Shown: positions 10,497 to 18,150 of the stretch, piece after piece
Layout of the letters: every line of letters begins with the position of its first letter
Numbering within the stretch: the stretch's first letter is position 1
NCBI GenBank assembly: GCA_000998275.1
Contig: LCDA01000003.1
Span: 1,596 to 65,595 of the forward strand
Origin: Candidatus Collierbacteria bacterium GW2011_GWA2_42_17
GTDB lineage: Bacteria; Patescibacteriota; Microgenomatia; UBA1400; MFAQ01
Direction of reading: 5' to 3'
DNA: 64,000 nucleotides
Position numbers and translations under genes: made by a program
Notes under the pieces: generated by a model
What the model was told of the DNA's origin: nothing
Databases searched by the model: none
Seen by the model: only the letters and a program-made list of their open reading frames with translations

Positions 10497-10694
10497 TTAG
10501 TGACAATTTTTTTTGGAATTATCACCACTATTATCATGGCTCATGTTTTTCATCATAAAGATATGCATAACCGGACAGATGAGAAAAATACCATATGGTA
10601 GCAGAATATTCCAGGGAACTTTGAGGACATAGACAACAATAAAAGAGAGAGTAACTAAGACAAGAGATATTTTAAAGGTATTGTTTATTTTCAT
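10497..10694 (-). CDS. Small membrane protein, DUF2933-like (CP.MH..MM motif)
   Basis: Taken from the internal Met MKINNTFK... It has one TM plus LICPVMHIFMMKNMSHD, resembling the metal-island-associated DUF2933 signature. Start is uncertain. Confidence 0.4.
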   Translation of the reverse strand: MKINNTFKISLVLVTLSFIVVYVLKVPWNILLPYGIFLICPVMHIFMMKNMSHDNSGDNSKKNCH

Positions 10695-10696
10695 GT

Positions 10697-11008
10697 TCAA
10701 GGTAAAAGAGGTCCGCCGTTGTATCCCGGTATCCACCAGGGAATAAATAAATAAACGATAAAGATGTAGCTTGTGATTGAATAGATGGCGACAAGCAAAA
10801 GTGCTTTTAACAGGCCCGTTTTTTGTCTGCGGAGTTGCCACCAAGCAAGAAATAACAGGAGCAAACTAGGAATTAATAAATATTTATTTTGGCTCTCATT
10901 GGTGAGTTTCAATAAATATCCCGAGCTGATGAGGAAGATGAGAATACCGCCACAACAAATGAAGTGAATTATGATGAAGGGAATTGCGCCTCCAATTAAT
11001 TTTTTCAT
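10697..11008 (-). CDS. MerT-like small membrane protein with a vicinal Cys pair in TM1
   Basis: 103 aa, three predicted TMs. IHFICCGGILIFL recalls the MerT CC motif. Lies within the metal island. Confidence 0.4.
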   Translation of the reverse strand: MKKLIGGAIPFIIIHFICCGGILIFLISSGYLLKLTNESQNKYLLIPSLLLLFLAWWQLRRQKTGLLKALLLVAIYSITSYIFIVYLFIPWWIPGYNGGPLLP

Positions 11009-11035
11009 GGTTGTGGCAGCACTTGGATATTTTAT

Positions 11036-11980
11036 TTAAACTCCACAACCGCCACCGCCCTGCTTGGGTGGTTGTTCAATGATGCCTTCACTGCTTAGCC
11101 ATTGCTTGGCTGCCTGCCAGCCGGAGGATGAAGAGAACTCTCGACCAAGGAGTGTTTTGGCATCGATGTCGGCGAAGTTTTTACTTTCTTTATTTTTGAA
11201 ATACAAGGCTAGGTCATAGTAGTTACCTGGGAACCAAAAAGCGCTGAAATATTTACCTGCCTCGTACATTTCTTTTTCACTGGCTCCGTTTGAGGCCATT
11301 AACTCTAAGACAGCGAGTAAGGCCATGCCATGATTACAGTCGGGGAAAGCGGTAGAGTTGTTGCAGCAAGGACGGAAAATATTTGAAGCAACTTCTTTTA
11401 CCAGTTTCTCTTGTGCCGGGGTGAGTTTGATGAAGTTTGCTTTGGAGTAGTATTTCATGGCATCACCTTTTGCCAGAGTCCAACCACCGGTAGAAGCAAA
11501 TCTAGCGGCACCTTTAAGCCCGCCGTCTTTTACCATGTCTCCCGCGTCCAAGATGGATGATTTGTTGGACAACCCAAGTGCCCAGAAGAAGTTCAGGAGA
11601 AATTTGCTGTTTAATGAGGTAATTTTTACAGGAGTGTTGCTACCTTTGGTGAGGATATCAAGCTGTTCCTGATCGAGGTCTTGTCCGGAAGCACTGTATG
11701 CCGCTTTAAATTTTTCCAAGTCGATAACACCGAGAGCGATCATTTTTGGACCCAGATCACCAAAAGCGGCGTTTATTTCATATCCTTGATCAGGATTGAC
11801 CTCTTCAAGGGAGACAGTTTCCCCTTTGTTTGTTTGACTCTGTGTGGTTTGTTCTTGGTTGGCGGTTCCGCCACTATTAATTTTCACAATATAGAAGCCT
11901 TGGCCTATATTCACTCCAAAACTGGCGAGTAAAAGTAGGGGAATAACTTTACTTCGGAAATTAGTCGTCTTTTCTTTCAT
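11036..11980 (-). CDS. Secreted hypothetical protein with Cys-rich segment and GGGGCGV C-terminus
   Basis: Signal peptide (VIPLLLLASFGVNIG), RPCCNNSTAFPDCNHGMA cluster, C-terminal QPPKQGGGGCGV. Overlaps the upstream gene by 20 nt, consistent with an operon. Confidence 0.55.
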   Translation of the reverse strand: MKEKTTNFRSKVIPLLLLASFGVNIGQGFYIVKINSGGTANQEQTTQSQTNKGETVSLEEVNPDQGYEINAAFGDLGPKMIALGVIDLEKFKAAYSASGQDLDQEQLDILTKGSNTPVKITSLNSKFLLNFFWALGLSNKSSILDAGDMVKDGGLKGAARFASTGGWTLAKGDAMKYYSKANFIKLTPAQEKLVKEVASNIFRPCCNNSTAFPDCNHGMALLAVLELMASNGASEKEMYEAGKYFSAFWFPGNYYDLALYFKNKESKNFADIDAKTLLGREFSSSSGWQAAKQWLSSEGIIEQPPKQGGGGCGV

Positions 11981-12800
11981 AGTTTTTAAATTTAATAATT
12001 AATTTATAAAATAAAAATAAGATGAGGGAAAAAACTAAGAGATCGACAATTCGATTTTGGAAATACTTTGATATATTAAAGACGATATTCCTGATCACTT
12101 GACCATAGACATCTTTTTCTGAACTCATTTGGATTTTGTCGAAGTAGTTTAAAATCGTAATGGTGATGCCGGACAAGAAAAAAATGCCTACTCCAAGAAA
12201 CTGGAATATTTTGTATATTTTGGCTCTATTTTTGCCGATGAGGCCGGTCACCTTTGAGTAAGACATGGAGATGAGCATGAGAGGAAACACGATTCCCAGC
12301 ACATAAGCGATAGAGACTAGTAGGGCTTGGAACATAGTGGGTGAGAGAGAGGTCAGTGTAACCGCGGCAAAAAGAACCGGGGCGCAACAGGCTGAGGTGA
12401 GGCCGGACATCAAACCGAGAACGAACACCGACCAAGTGTTGGTTTTTTGACCAACCCGGGGGTTGACATGGAAAATTTGGGGGAGATGAAATACAGGCCA
12501 GATGGTCATTAGCCCCATAAATACCATAAAGGCGCCACCTAAGTAGTAGACTTCTTTGTGGTAAGCATCCAAAAAGAAAATGAAAAAGCGGAAACCTAAG
12601 GATATCGGAATAAGAATGAAGGAGAGACCCAAAGCAAAAAGCAGGGTATAGAGCAGAACCCTTTTGCGATCTTTGAAGATAGTACCGAAGTAAGAAGGCA
12701 AGAGAAAGGTAATGCAGCAGGGGGCAAAGAGAGCCAAGACTCCGGCGATGAAAGAAGCGGTGAGAGAGACTCCCAGGAAAAGATTTGGATCTAAGTTCAT
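11961..12800 (-). CDS. CcdA/DsbD-family-like polytopic membrane protein with two CC motifs
   Basis: About 7 TM helices. FAPCCITF in TM1 and TSACCAPVLF in a later TM. Resembles cytochrome-c-biogenesis CcdA / thiol:disulfide or metal transfer proteins. Confidence 0.6.
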   Translation of the reverse strand: MNLDPNLFLGVSLTASFIAGVLALFAPCCITFLLPSYFGTIFKDRKRVLLYTLLFALGLSFILIPISLGFRFFIFFLDAYHKEVYYLGGAFMVFMGLMTIWPVFHLPQIFHVNPRVGQKTNTWSVFVLGLMSGLTSACCAPVLFAAVTLTSLSPTMFQALLVSIAYVLGIVFPLMLISMSYSKVTGLIGKNRAKIYKIFQFLGVGIFFLSGITITILNYFDKIQMSSEKDVYGQVIRNIVFNISKYFQNRIVDLLVFSLILFLFYKLIIKFKNYERKDD

Positions 12801-13315
12801 TTGGTAATGTTGGCTTTCATTCTTAATATGATCTTTGAGAAATCGGGGTCGTTGGTGTCGATGTATACCTCACGGATGATGACACCATAAACCGGCATGG
12901 TGAAGGGGCGATAGATGACTCTAATGGTTGCTTCAGCTCCAGGAGCTATGTTGACTACCTCGAGAGATCGCTTGCTCATACCATATTCTTTGGTTTCTTG
13001 GTCTCCGCTAATTATTTTGGCTGAGGTACAACCGCAACTGGAATTAATATTTCTAAGCTGAAGTGTTTTTTCACCAATATTTTTGACAATAAAGTCTCTC
13101 GTAATGGTGTCTTTTAATTTCGAGATTCCCGTGTCGACAAAGTTTTCGGGTAATTCAACTTTGGGTTTTTGGGTATCTGTCTGGGTGTAAGAGGTGGTAG
13201 GGGAGCTTGAGGTTTTTTTACTGAGGAGACTGATGGCAAACAGCGAAAGTATCGCTACTAAAGCTGTGCCGAAGACGATCATAATGATTGTTTTGATGCT
13301 GGTAGTATTCAACAT
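12797..13315 (-). CDS. DUF1573-family membrane-anchored protein (SCGCT motif)
   Basis: N-terminal TM, then an Ig-like region with NINSSCGCTSAKI, characteristic of DUF1573. Start is probably the ATG at 13315 (the track's longer ORF starts at an alternative codon at 13351). Confidence 0.55.
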   Translation of the reverse strand: MLNTTSIKTIIMIVFGTALVAILSLFAISLLSKKTSSSPTTSYTQTDTQKPKVELPENFVDTGISKLKDTITRDFIVKNIGEKTLQLRNINSSCGCTSAKIISGDQETKEYGMSKRSLEVVNIAPGAEATIRVIYRPFTMPVYGVIIREVYIDTNDPDFSKIILRMKANITK

Positions 13316-13333
13316 ACTACCTAGTGTAGTAGA
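13313..13333. promoter_or_regulatory. Second ACTAC-N5-GTAGT dyad operator in the divergent promoter region; -10 TATAAT at 13340-13345
   Basis: catACTACctagtGTAGTag. On the minus strand this reads CTACTACA-ctag-GTAGTATG, ending in the ATG of the DUF1573 gene. A perfect TATAAT sits 9 nt before ATG 13354. Confidence 0.5.
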
Positions 13334-13353
13334 ATATTTTATAATAGTCAACT

Positions 13354-13806
13354 ATGAAAATATTAGCCGTCTTTCTTACCATTGCAGTTATCGTCGTTGG
13401 TGTCGTGATATTCAAATCATCACGAGCGAAACCATTGATTGTTTACGATGATCAAGAAATAACCAGATACGTGGCTCCGACAATAGAGCCACGAGTCGAG
13501 CCGAAACCCACTTCGACATCAAGTCAAAAAGCAGTTCAAGTGATTAGAGCCACTTACAATATTGAGGATGGTCTTAGCCCAAGCCGATTTAAAGTGAAAG
13601 CCGGTGTTCCGGTTAGACTGGAAGTTAAGGCCATTGTTGATGGTCTGGGTTGTATGGGAAGTATTACAATTCCTGAGCTAACGGATGAGGTTTATGGATT
13701 TGAGAAGGATGTAACTAATGTATTCGAAGTAACACCACCCTCTCCAGGAGAGTACGTGATTACCTGTGCTATGGGAATTCCACACGGAGTAATTATTGCC
13801 GAGTAA
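13354..13806 (+). CDS. Membrane-anchored cupredoxin-like domain protein
   Basis: N-terminal TM, then SPSRFKVKAGVPVRLEVKAIVDGLGCMGSITIPEL...GEYVITCAMGIPHGVII. Same module as the C-termini of the two DsbD_2 fusions. Confidence 0.6.
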   Translation: MKILAVFLTIAVIVVGVVIFKSSRAKPLIVYDDQEITRYVAPTIEPRVEPKPTSTSSQKAVQVIRATYNIEDGLSPSRFKVKAGVPVRLEVKAIVDGLGCMGSITIPELTDEVYGFEKDVTNVFEVTPPSPGEYVITCAMGIPHGVIIAE

Positions 13807-14287
13807 CAAAGTTTTTACGGACGCTGGTGATCATTTGTTTGACACACCATTGGGCATACATATATCCAAAAAGGAAGCCAAGTAGTCGAGCTGCTCCTCT
13901 GGGTAACTCGTAGTCGATAAAGACAACCAATCGAGACCCTTTCTCTTGAGGTGTAATTTCAAAACCCATGCGGTAATTGCCAATCACATAAAGTTTGGGG
14001 TAGGCAACCGTTTCCCATGATTTTAATTTGGGTGGTTCGTGTTGGGTGACCACTTCGTCGAGATAGATGTTTAGTCCAAAAGCTTTGCCTTTGAGCTGAA
14101 TATGAGAACCAACTTTTTGACCTAAATCATTGTCAATTTCAGTGACCATACTGCCTCCTCCCATCATCAGGGAAGACCGTCCCATGTGAGACGAAAGATT
14201 GGCGTGGTTGTCAACAAAAGAAAAGAGCGCTTGGGGGGAGGCGGAGACGATTAAAGATTCAGCATAATGGTAGGGTAGTTTAAACAT
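13793..14287 (-). CDS. SRPBCC (START/polyketide-cyclase-like) superfamily protein
   Basis: 164 aa. Spacing of hydrophobic beta-strands and a C-terminal helix (ARLLGFLFGYMYAQWCVKQM) is consistent with Polyketide_cyc2-like folds. Confidence 0.5.
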   Translation of the reverse strand: MFKLPYHYAESLIVSASPQALFSFVDNHANLSSHMGRSSLMMGGGSMVTEIDNDLGQKVGSHIQLKGKAFGLNIYLDEVVTQHEPPKLKSWETVAYPKLYVIGNYRMGFEITPQEKGSRLVVFIDYELPRGAARLLGFLFGYMYAQWCVKQMITSVRKNFVTRQ

Positions 14288-14299
14288 ATTATTGATCGT

Positions 14300-16552
14300 T
14301 TATGAAATAAGATCTTTTTCAACCCTTTTAAGTAAGACGGCGTTGACGGCGACGATAATTGATGAGATAGACATGAGCAAGGCAGAAAATTCAGGACGAA
14401 GAGTAATGCCAAATCGTGGGTAAAGTACTCCGGCGGCAATGGGGATGGCCAGTAGGTTGTAAACACTAGCCCAAGCCAGGTTTTCTTTCATCTTTCTGAC
14501 GGTAGCCTTACTTAATTTTATGGCTCTAAGAATATCAAGGGGGTCTGATTTCATCAAAACAACATTGGCCGTTTCGATAGCGACGTCTGTGCCAGCACCA
14601 ATGGCGATACCAATGTTGGACTGGGCCAAGGCCGGCGCGTCGTTGACGCCGTCACCAACCATGGCGACAAATTTCCCCTCATCTTGGAGTTTTTTGACAT
14701 ACCGAGCTTTGTCTCCTGGAAGAACATCGGCGAAAATGCGGTCTATTCCCAGCTGTTTTCCGATGGTTTCGGCGGTTTTACTGTTGTCTCCGGTAATCAT
14801 AGCGATTTCGAGACCGAGATGCTTCATTCGTTCGACGGCGACTTTGGCGGTTGGCTTAATGGGATCTTGGGCGGCAGCCACTCCAGCAATTTTTCCATCA
14901 ACTGCTAAGATCATGATTGTTTTTCCTTCCGAAAGTAATCTATCGATATCCAATTTAAGGGGAGAAATGTCTACCTTTCGATCAGACATGAGCTTAATCG
15001 TCCCGACCAAGATGTGTTTTTGAGAAACAATTGCTTCCACTCCATGGCCGGCAATGGAATTAAATTTTTCAATTTTTTCCGGGAACTTAAGACCACGTTT
15101 TTTTGTTTCTTCCAGGATGGCTTTGCTTAAGGGGTGGCCGGACTTTGCTTCTACGGCGCTGTCTAGTATAAGGATTTCATCAGACTTAAAACCCTCGGCG
15201 GCAAGGACATCGGTAATTTTTGGTTTTCCTTCCGTAAGGGTTCCTGTTTTGTCCATGACTATCGTTTGAATCTTGGAGACCTGTTCCAAGGTAGGGGCGT
15301 CTTTAATCAAAATATTATATTTGGCACCCAAGCCGGTACCAACGGCGACGGCAGTTGGAGTGGCAAGACCAAGAGCGTCCGGACAGGCGATGACTACCGT
15401 GGAGATGGCGAAGGTGAGAGCGACCAACAAGGGCTGACCGATGATAAAGAACCAAATAATAAAGGTAAGGAGACCGCCGCCAACGGCTACGACGACCAGA
15501 TATTGAGCAAAGCGGTCAGCTATTTTTTGACCTGGAGCTTTGGAGTTTTGGGCTGTTTCGACCATTTTGACAATCTGCCCCAGAGCAGTGTCGGCGCCAA
15601 TTTTGGTAGCTTTAAACTTGACGGAACCGGAGGTGTTGATAGAACCGCCGATAACTTCCGCACCAATGGTTTTGGATACCGGTATAGATTCTCCCGTAAC
15701 CAAGGATTCGTCGATTGCTGTTTGACCTTCGGTAATTACGCCATCGACAGGCACTTTGTCTCCCGGTTTTAGAATAATAGTGTCACCGACAAGAACTTCA
15801 GCGGTAGAGACGAGTACTTCTTTACCATGACGGAGTACTCTTGTTTGGGGTGGTACCAGATCGAAAAGAGCTTGAAGGGCATCGGTAGTGCCTCTTCTGG
15901 ACTTCATTTCCATCCAGTGACCAAAAAGGACAAAGGTGGTGAGCATGGCAGCCGCTTCGTAAAAAGACTCATTACTACCCAAGAGTGTTAAAGCAATACT
16001 AAAGAAGTAAGCAGCACTGATACCGACAGCGATCAACACGGCCATGTTGAGAGTTTTTTGTTTGAAAATGGCGATGTATGAAGAGTAGAGAAAAATCCAA
16101 CCACAGTAAAAATAAACAGGAGTTGTTAAGAGAAGAAGCAACCAGTTTACGGGGATAGGTGAAGGAAGACTCAGACCAAAGATATTGACGCCCATTTGAG
16201 AGTAGAGGACGATGGGAATGGTGAGAATCAGAGAAACAAAAAATTTGTTTCTAATGTCTTCTTCCATCATTTTGGCCATTTCACGACCAGCGAGTCCAGT
16301 GTGATCCATACCCATAGCCATAGTCATACTCATCTTAAATTTTTCCCAGAAACCCATTTGGGCAACCGGTTTCATGGTATGGCCCTGATGGCTTTCATGT
16401 TTGTTGTCTGAAGAAGGGGTTTCGTGGTGTTCGTGATCACTATGTTTCATCTCTTGGGGAACAAGAGCCATTCCACACTTAGGACAGTTCCCCGGCTTGT
16501 CGGAGGTGACTTCGGGGTGCATAGGGCAGACGTAAGAAGGGGTCATGTTCAT
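14300..16552 (-). CDS. P1B-type heavy-metal ATPase with CPD TM4 motif, N-terminal CxxxxC...CPxCG metal-binding module, and His- and Met-rich linker
   Basis: YVCPMHPEVTSDKPGNCPKCGMAL (HMBD-type N-terminus), HSDHEHHETPSSDNKHESHQGH, MSMTMAMGMDH. TM4 reads IACPDALGLATP (checked on the DNA). DKTGTLT, GDGVNDAPAL, TM5 YN, TM6 MSISS. Start at ATG 16552 (MNMTPSY); the upstream extension in the track is unlikely to be coding. Confidence 0.9.
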   Translation of the reverse strand: MNMTPSYVCPMHPEVTSDKPGNCPKCGMALVPQEMKHSDHEHHETPSSDNKHESHQGHTMKPVAQMGFWEKFKMSMTMAMGMDHTGLAGREMAKMMEEDIRNKFFVSLILTIPIVLYSQMGVNIFGLSLPSPIPVNWLLLLLTTPVYFYCGWIFLYSSYIAIFKQKTLNMAVLIAVGISAAYFFSIALTLLGSNESFYEAAAMLTTFVLFGHWMEMKSRRGTTDALQALFDLVPPQTRVLRHGKEVLVSTAEVLVGDTIILKPGDKVPVDGVITEGQTAIDESLVTGESIPVSKTIGAEVIGGSINTSGSVKFKATKIGADTALGQIVKMVETAQNSKAPGQKIADRFAQYLVVVAVGGGLLTFIIWFFIIGQPLLVALTFAISTVVIACPDALGLATPTAVAVGTGLGAKYNILIKDAPTLEQVSKIQTIVMDKTGTLTEGKPKITDVLAAEGFKSDEILILDSAVEAKSGHPLSKAILEETKKRGLKFPEKIEKFNSIAGHGVEAIVSQKHILVGTIKLMSDRKVDISPLKLDIDRLLSEGKTIMILAVDGKIAGVAAAQDPIKPTAKVAVERMKHLGLEIAMITGDNSKTAETIGKQLGIDRIFADVLPGDKARYVKKLQDEGKFVAMVGDGVNDAPALAQSNIGIAIGAGTDVAIETANVVLMKSDPLDILRAIKLSKATVRKMKENLAWASVYNLLAIPIAAGVLYPRFGITLRPEFSALLMSISSIIVAVNAVLLKRVEKDLIS

Positions 16553-16624
16553 ACATTTAGTATAAGCATTTTTTTTGATAAATATTTTTTCGGCCTTGAT
16601 TTGGGAATGATGTAGAATCGAGTT

Positions 16625-17104
16625 ATGAACGAAAAAATAAAGCCAGTACCGACTGATTTTAATTCGGAAAAAATGGAGATTGTTATGAGGGCAAACGACG
16701 AAGGTCCACTGGGGGAGATAGAGAGTTGGAAGGAAGCTTTTCCGGAGGTTGAGTTTATGGATGTTGATGAAGCGTTTAGCGGTGACAAGATCGATTGGGA
16801 TCAAAGGACAGTAGTGGAGAAGGCGCTGTTTGTTGCTTTTATGAAAGATCCTCAGTCGACAAGTGTTAGATATGAAATGAAGCTGGACAATATTTACCTG
16901 TCCAAGACAGTTACCGACTCCGAAAGAGTCTGGTGGATGTGGATGGCAGGCTGTTTTTCCGGTGGGGAGCTTGATGAAAAAGCAATAAAAACGTTTTTAT
17001 GGTATGTGGATGAGAGTATTTTAGCGAGACGATTTACCAGGGATATAGATCTGGAAAGGGTAAAAAACATCAAGTACAAAATAAAAGTGGCGCCTTTGGA
17101 ATAA
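16625..17104 (+). CDS. Hypothetical protein
   Basis: 159-aa ORF, acidic N-terminal half and W-rich segment (RVWWMWMAGCFSGG). No known motif. Confidence 0.45.
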   Translation: MNEKIKPVPTDFNSEKMEIVMRANDEGPLGEIESWKEAFPEVEFMDVDEAFSGDKIDWDQRTVVEKALFVAFMKDPQSTSVRYEMKLDNIYLSKTVTDSERVWWMWMAGCFSGGELDEKAIKTFLWYVDESILARRFTRDIDLERVKNIKYKIKVAPLE

Positions 17105-17225
17105 CAAAGAACCTCCTTGCGGAGGCTCCTTGCGAAAATCACTTGCGTAACTTTCTGACTTAATGATTGCTCATTAAGCTATTTATAACTGTAATGTATA
17201 TTACAGATTTTGTCAAGGGGGTAGT
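17105..17225 (+). repeat. Structured repeat element copy A (three hairpins)
   Basis: Hairpin 1 is cctcc-ttgc-ggagg, hairpin 2 is cttaatga-ttgc-tcattaag, hairpin 3 is ctgtaat-gtat-attacag. Ends in TGTCAAG...ATATAAAAA. Confidence 0.45.
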
Positions 17226-17235
17226 TGGATATAAA

Positions 17236-17330
17236 AAGAGACCTCCTTGCGGAAGTCTCTAGCTTACAACCTGCATTGTAGAGCTGGTTCTTTGTAACAT
17301 ATATTACAAAATGTGTCAAGTTATAAAAAT
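17236..17330 (+). repeat. Structured repeat element copy B (same three-hairpin architecture with compensatory substitutions)
   Basis: Hairpin 1 is gagacctcc-ttgc-ggaagtctc, hairpin 2 is ctacaa-cctgca-ttgtag, hairpin 3 is ttgtaa-catata-ttacaa. Ends in TGTCAAGTTATAAAAATAG. Confidence 0.45.
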
Positions 17331-17331
17331 A

Positions 17332-17358
17332 GGCCCCGGGGTTAGCGGGGCCTTTTTC
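17332..17358. terminator. Intrinsic terminator (GC-rich stem + T-tract), usable in both orientations
   Basis: ggccccg-gggttag-cggggcc followed by tttttctt. An A-run precedes it on the other side. Confidence 0.7.
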
Positions 17359-18150
17359 TTAGTGAGGAAGGCTAAGGTTGGTGCACTTTTTAATCTCGTA
17401 GCGGAAGGTGGTTTCCCCTCCGAGGTCAACGAGATCGTCCTTCTCCCATTCAAGCAGGTCGCCGGTCTGCATAATGCGCAGGCCGAGATGATGATTGAAG
17501 GGAACGGCCTTCCAGTGAAGGCGGGCATCGAAGCCCGGCTTAAAAGCTACGGTCCCTACTCCGCGGAGCAGGGAGAAAGAGACAACCATGCCTTCAGGGA
17601 GGTTCTCAGGTGAAGGCGAGTATTCTTCGGTGACGAAGAAAAAACGCCCGTTCTGATTGGCAATACCGATATTGTAGGTATTGCCAGGAACCTCCAAACA
17701 GACCATGTTGGCCGGCCAGCGGGCAATTTGCCCGGTGCCGGTGGAGCAGTCGATGGTAAAGTTTTTCGTATACCCCCCGAGTTCATTTTTAGCCTTGGGG
17801 ACCTTCTGTAACCCTTGGGGGTTGAGAGTGAAGCAGGTGTGTTCACCTTTAACACTCAGGTGGAGGGCGATTTTGGTTCCATGGCGGAAAACGCCGAGGA
17901 AACCATTACCCTCATCCGGGGTAATGATGCGACCAGACTGGTCAAAAAGCACGATCGAAATATTGGGAAGAGCTTTGGGGGAAAACAGGAACTTTTGCAT
18001 GAGAAATCTCCTCGAACGGACGATATGGATAGATTTAAGGAGCAAGCCCATCATTGGGCTGAGAATGAGTCCTATAGTATCATAAGGAGGCTGAAAAGTC
18101 AAGTATTTGCCATAAAAAAAGGCAGGGGTTAGCCTGCCTAATGTGGTCAA
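17359..18150 (-). CDS. Hypothetical protein (locally GC-rich gene)
   Basis: 263-aa ORF (alternative start; a likely ATG start exists further in at MQKFLFSP). No recognisable domain. GC content is noticeably higher than the flanks. Confidence 0.45.
   Translation of the reverse strand: MTTLGRLTPAFFYGKYLTFQPPYDTIGLILSPMMGLLLKSIHIVRSRRFLMQKFLFSPKALPNISIVLFDQSGRIITPDEGNGFLGVFRHGTKIALHLSVKGEHTCFTLNPQGLQKVPKAKNELGGYTKNFTIDCSTGTGQIARWPANMVCLEVPGNTYNIGIANQNGRFFFVTEEYSPSPENLPEGMVVSFSLLRGVGTVAFKPGFDARLHWKAVPFNHHLGLRIMQTGDLLEWEKDDLVDLGGETTFRYEIKKCTNLSLPH

Noticed and set aside
14520-16615. Several 60-170-aa plus-strand ORFs (14520-15023, 14684-14908, 15054-15269, 15266-15772, 15540-15725, 16196-16411, 16424-16615) antisense to the P1B ATPase gene
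   Set aside because: They are embedded entirely inside a well-supported 750-aa ATPase on the other strand. They have Ser/Gly/Arg-rich low-complexity composition typical of antisense frames of GC-richer coding DNA, and no motifs.
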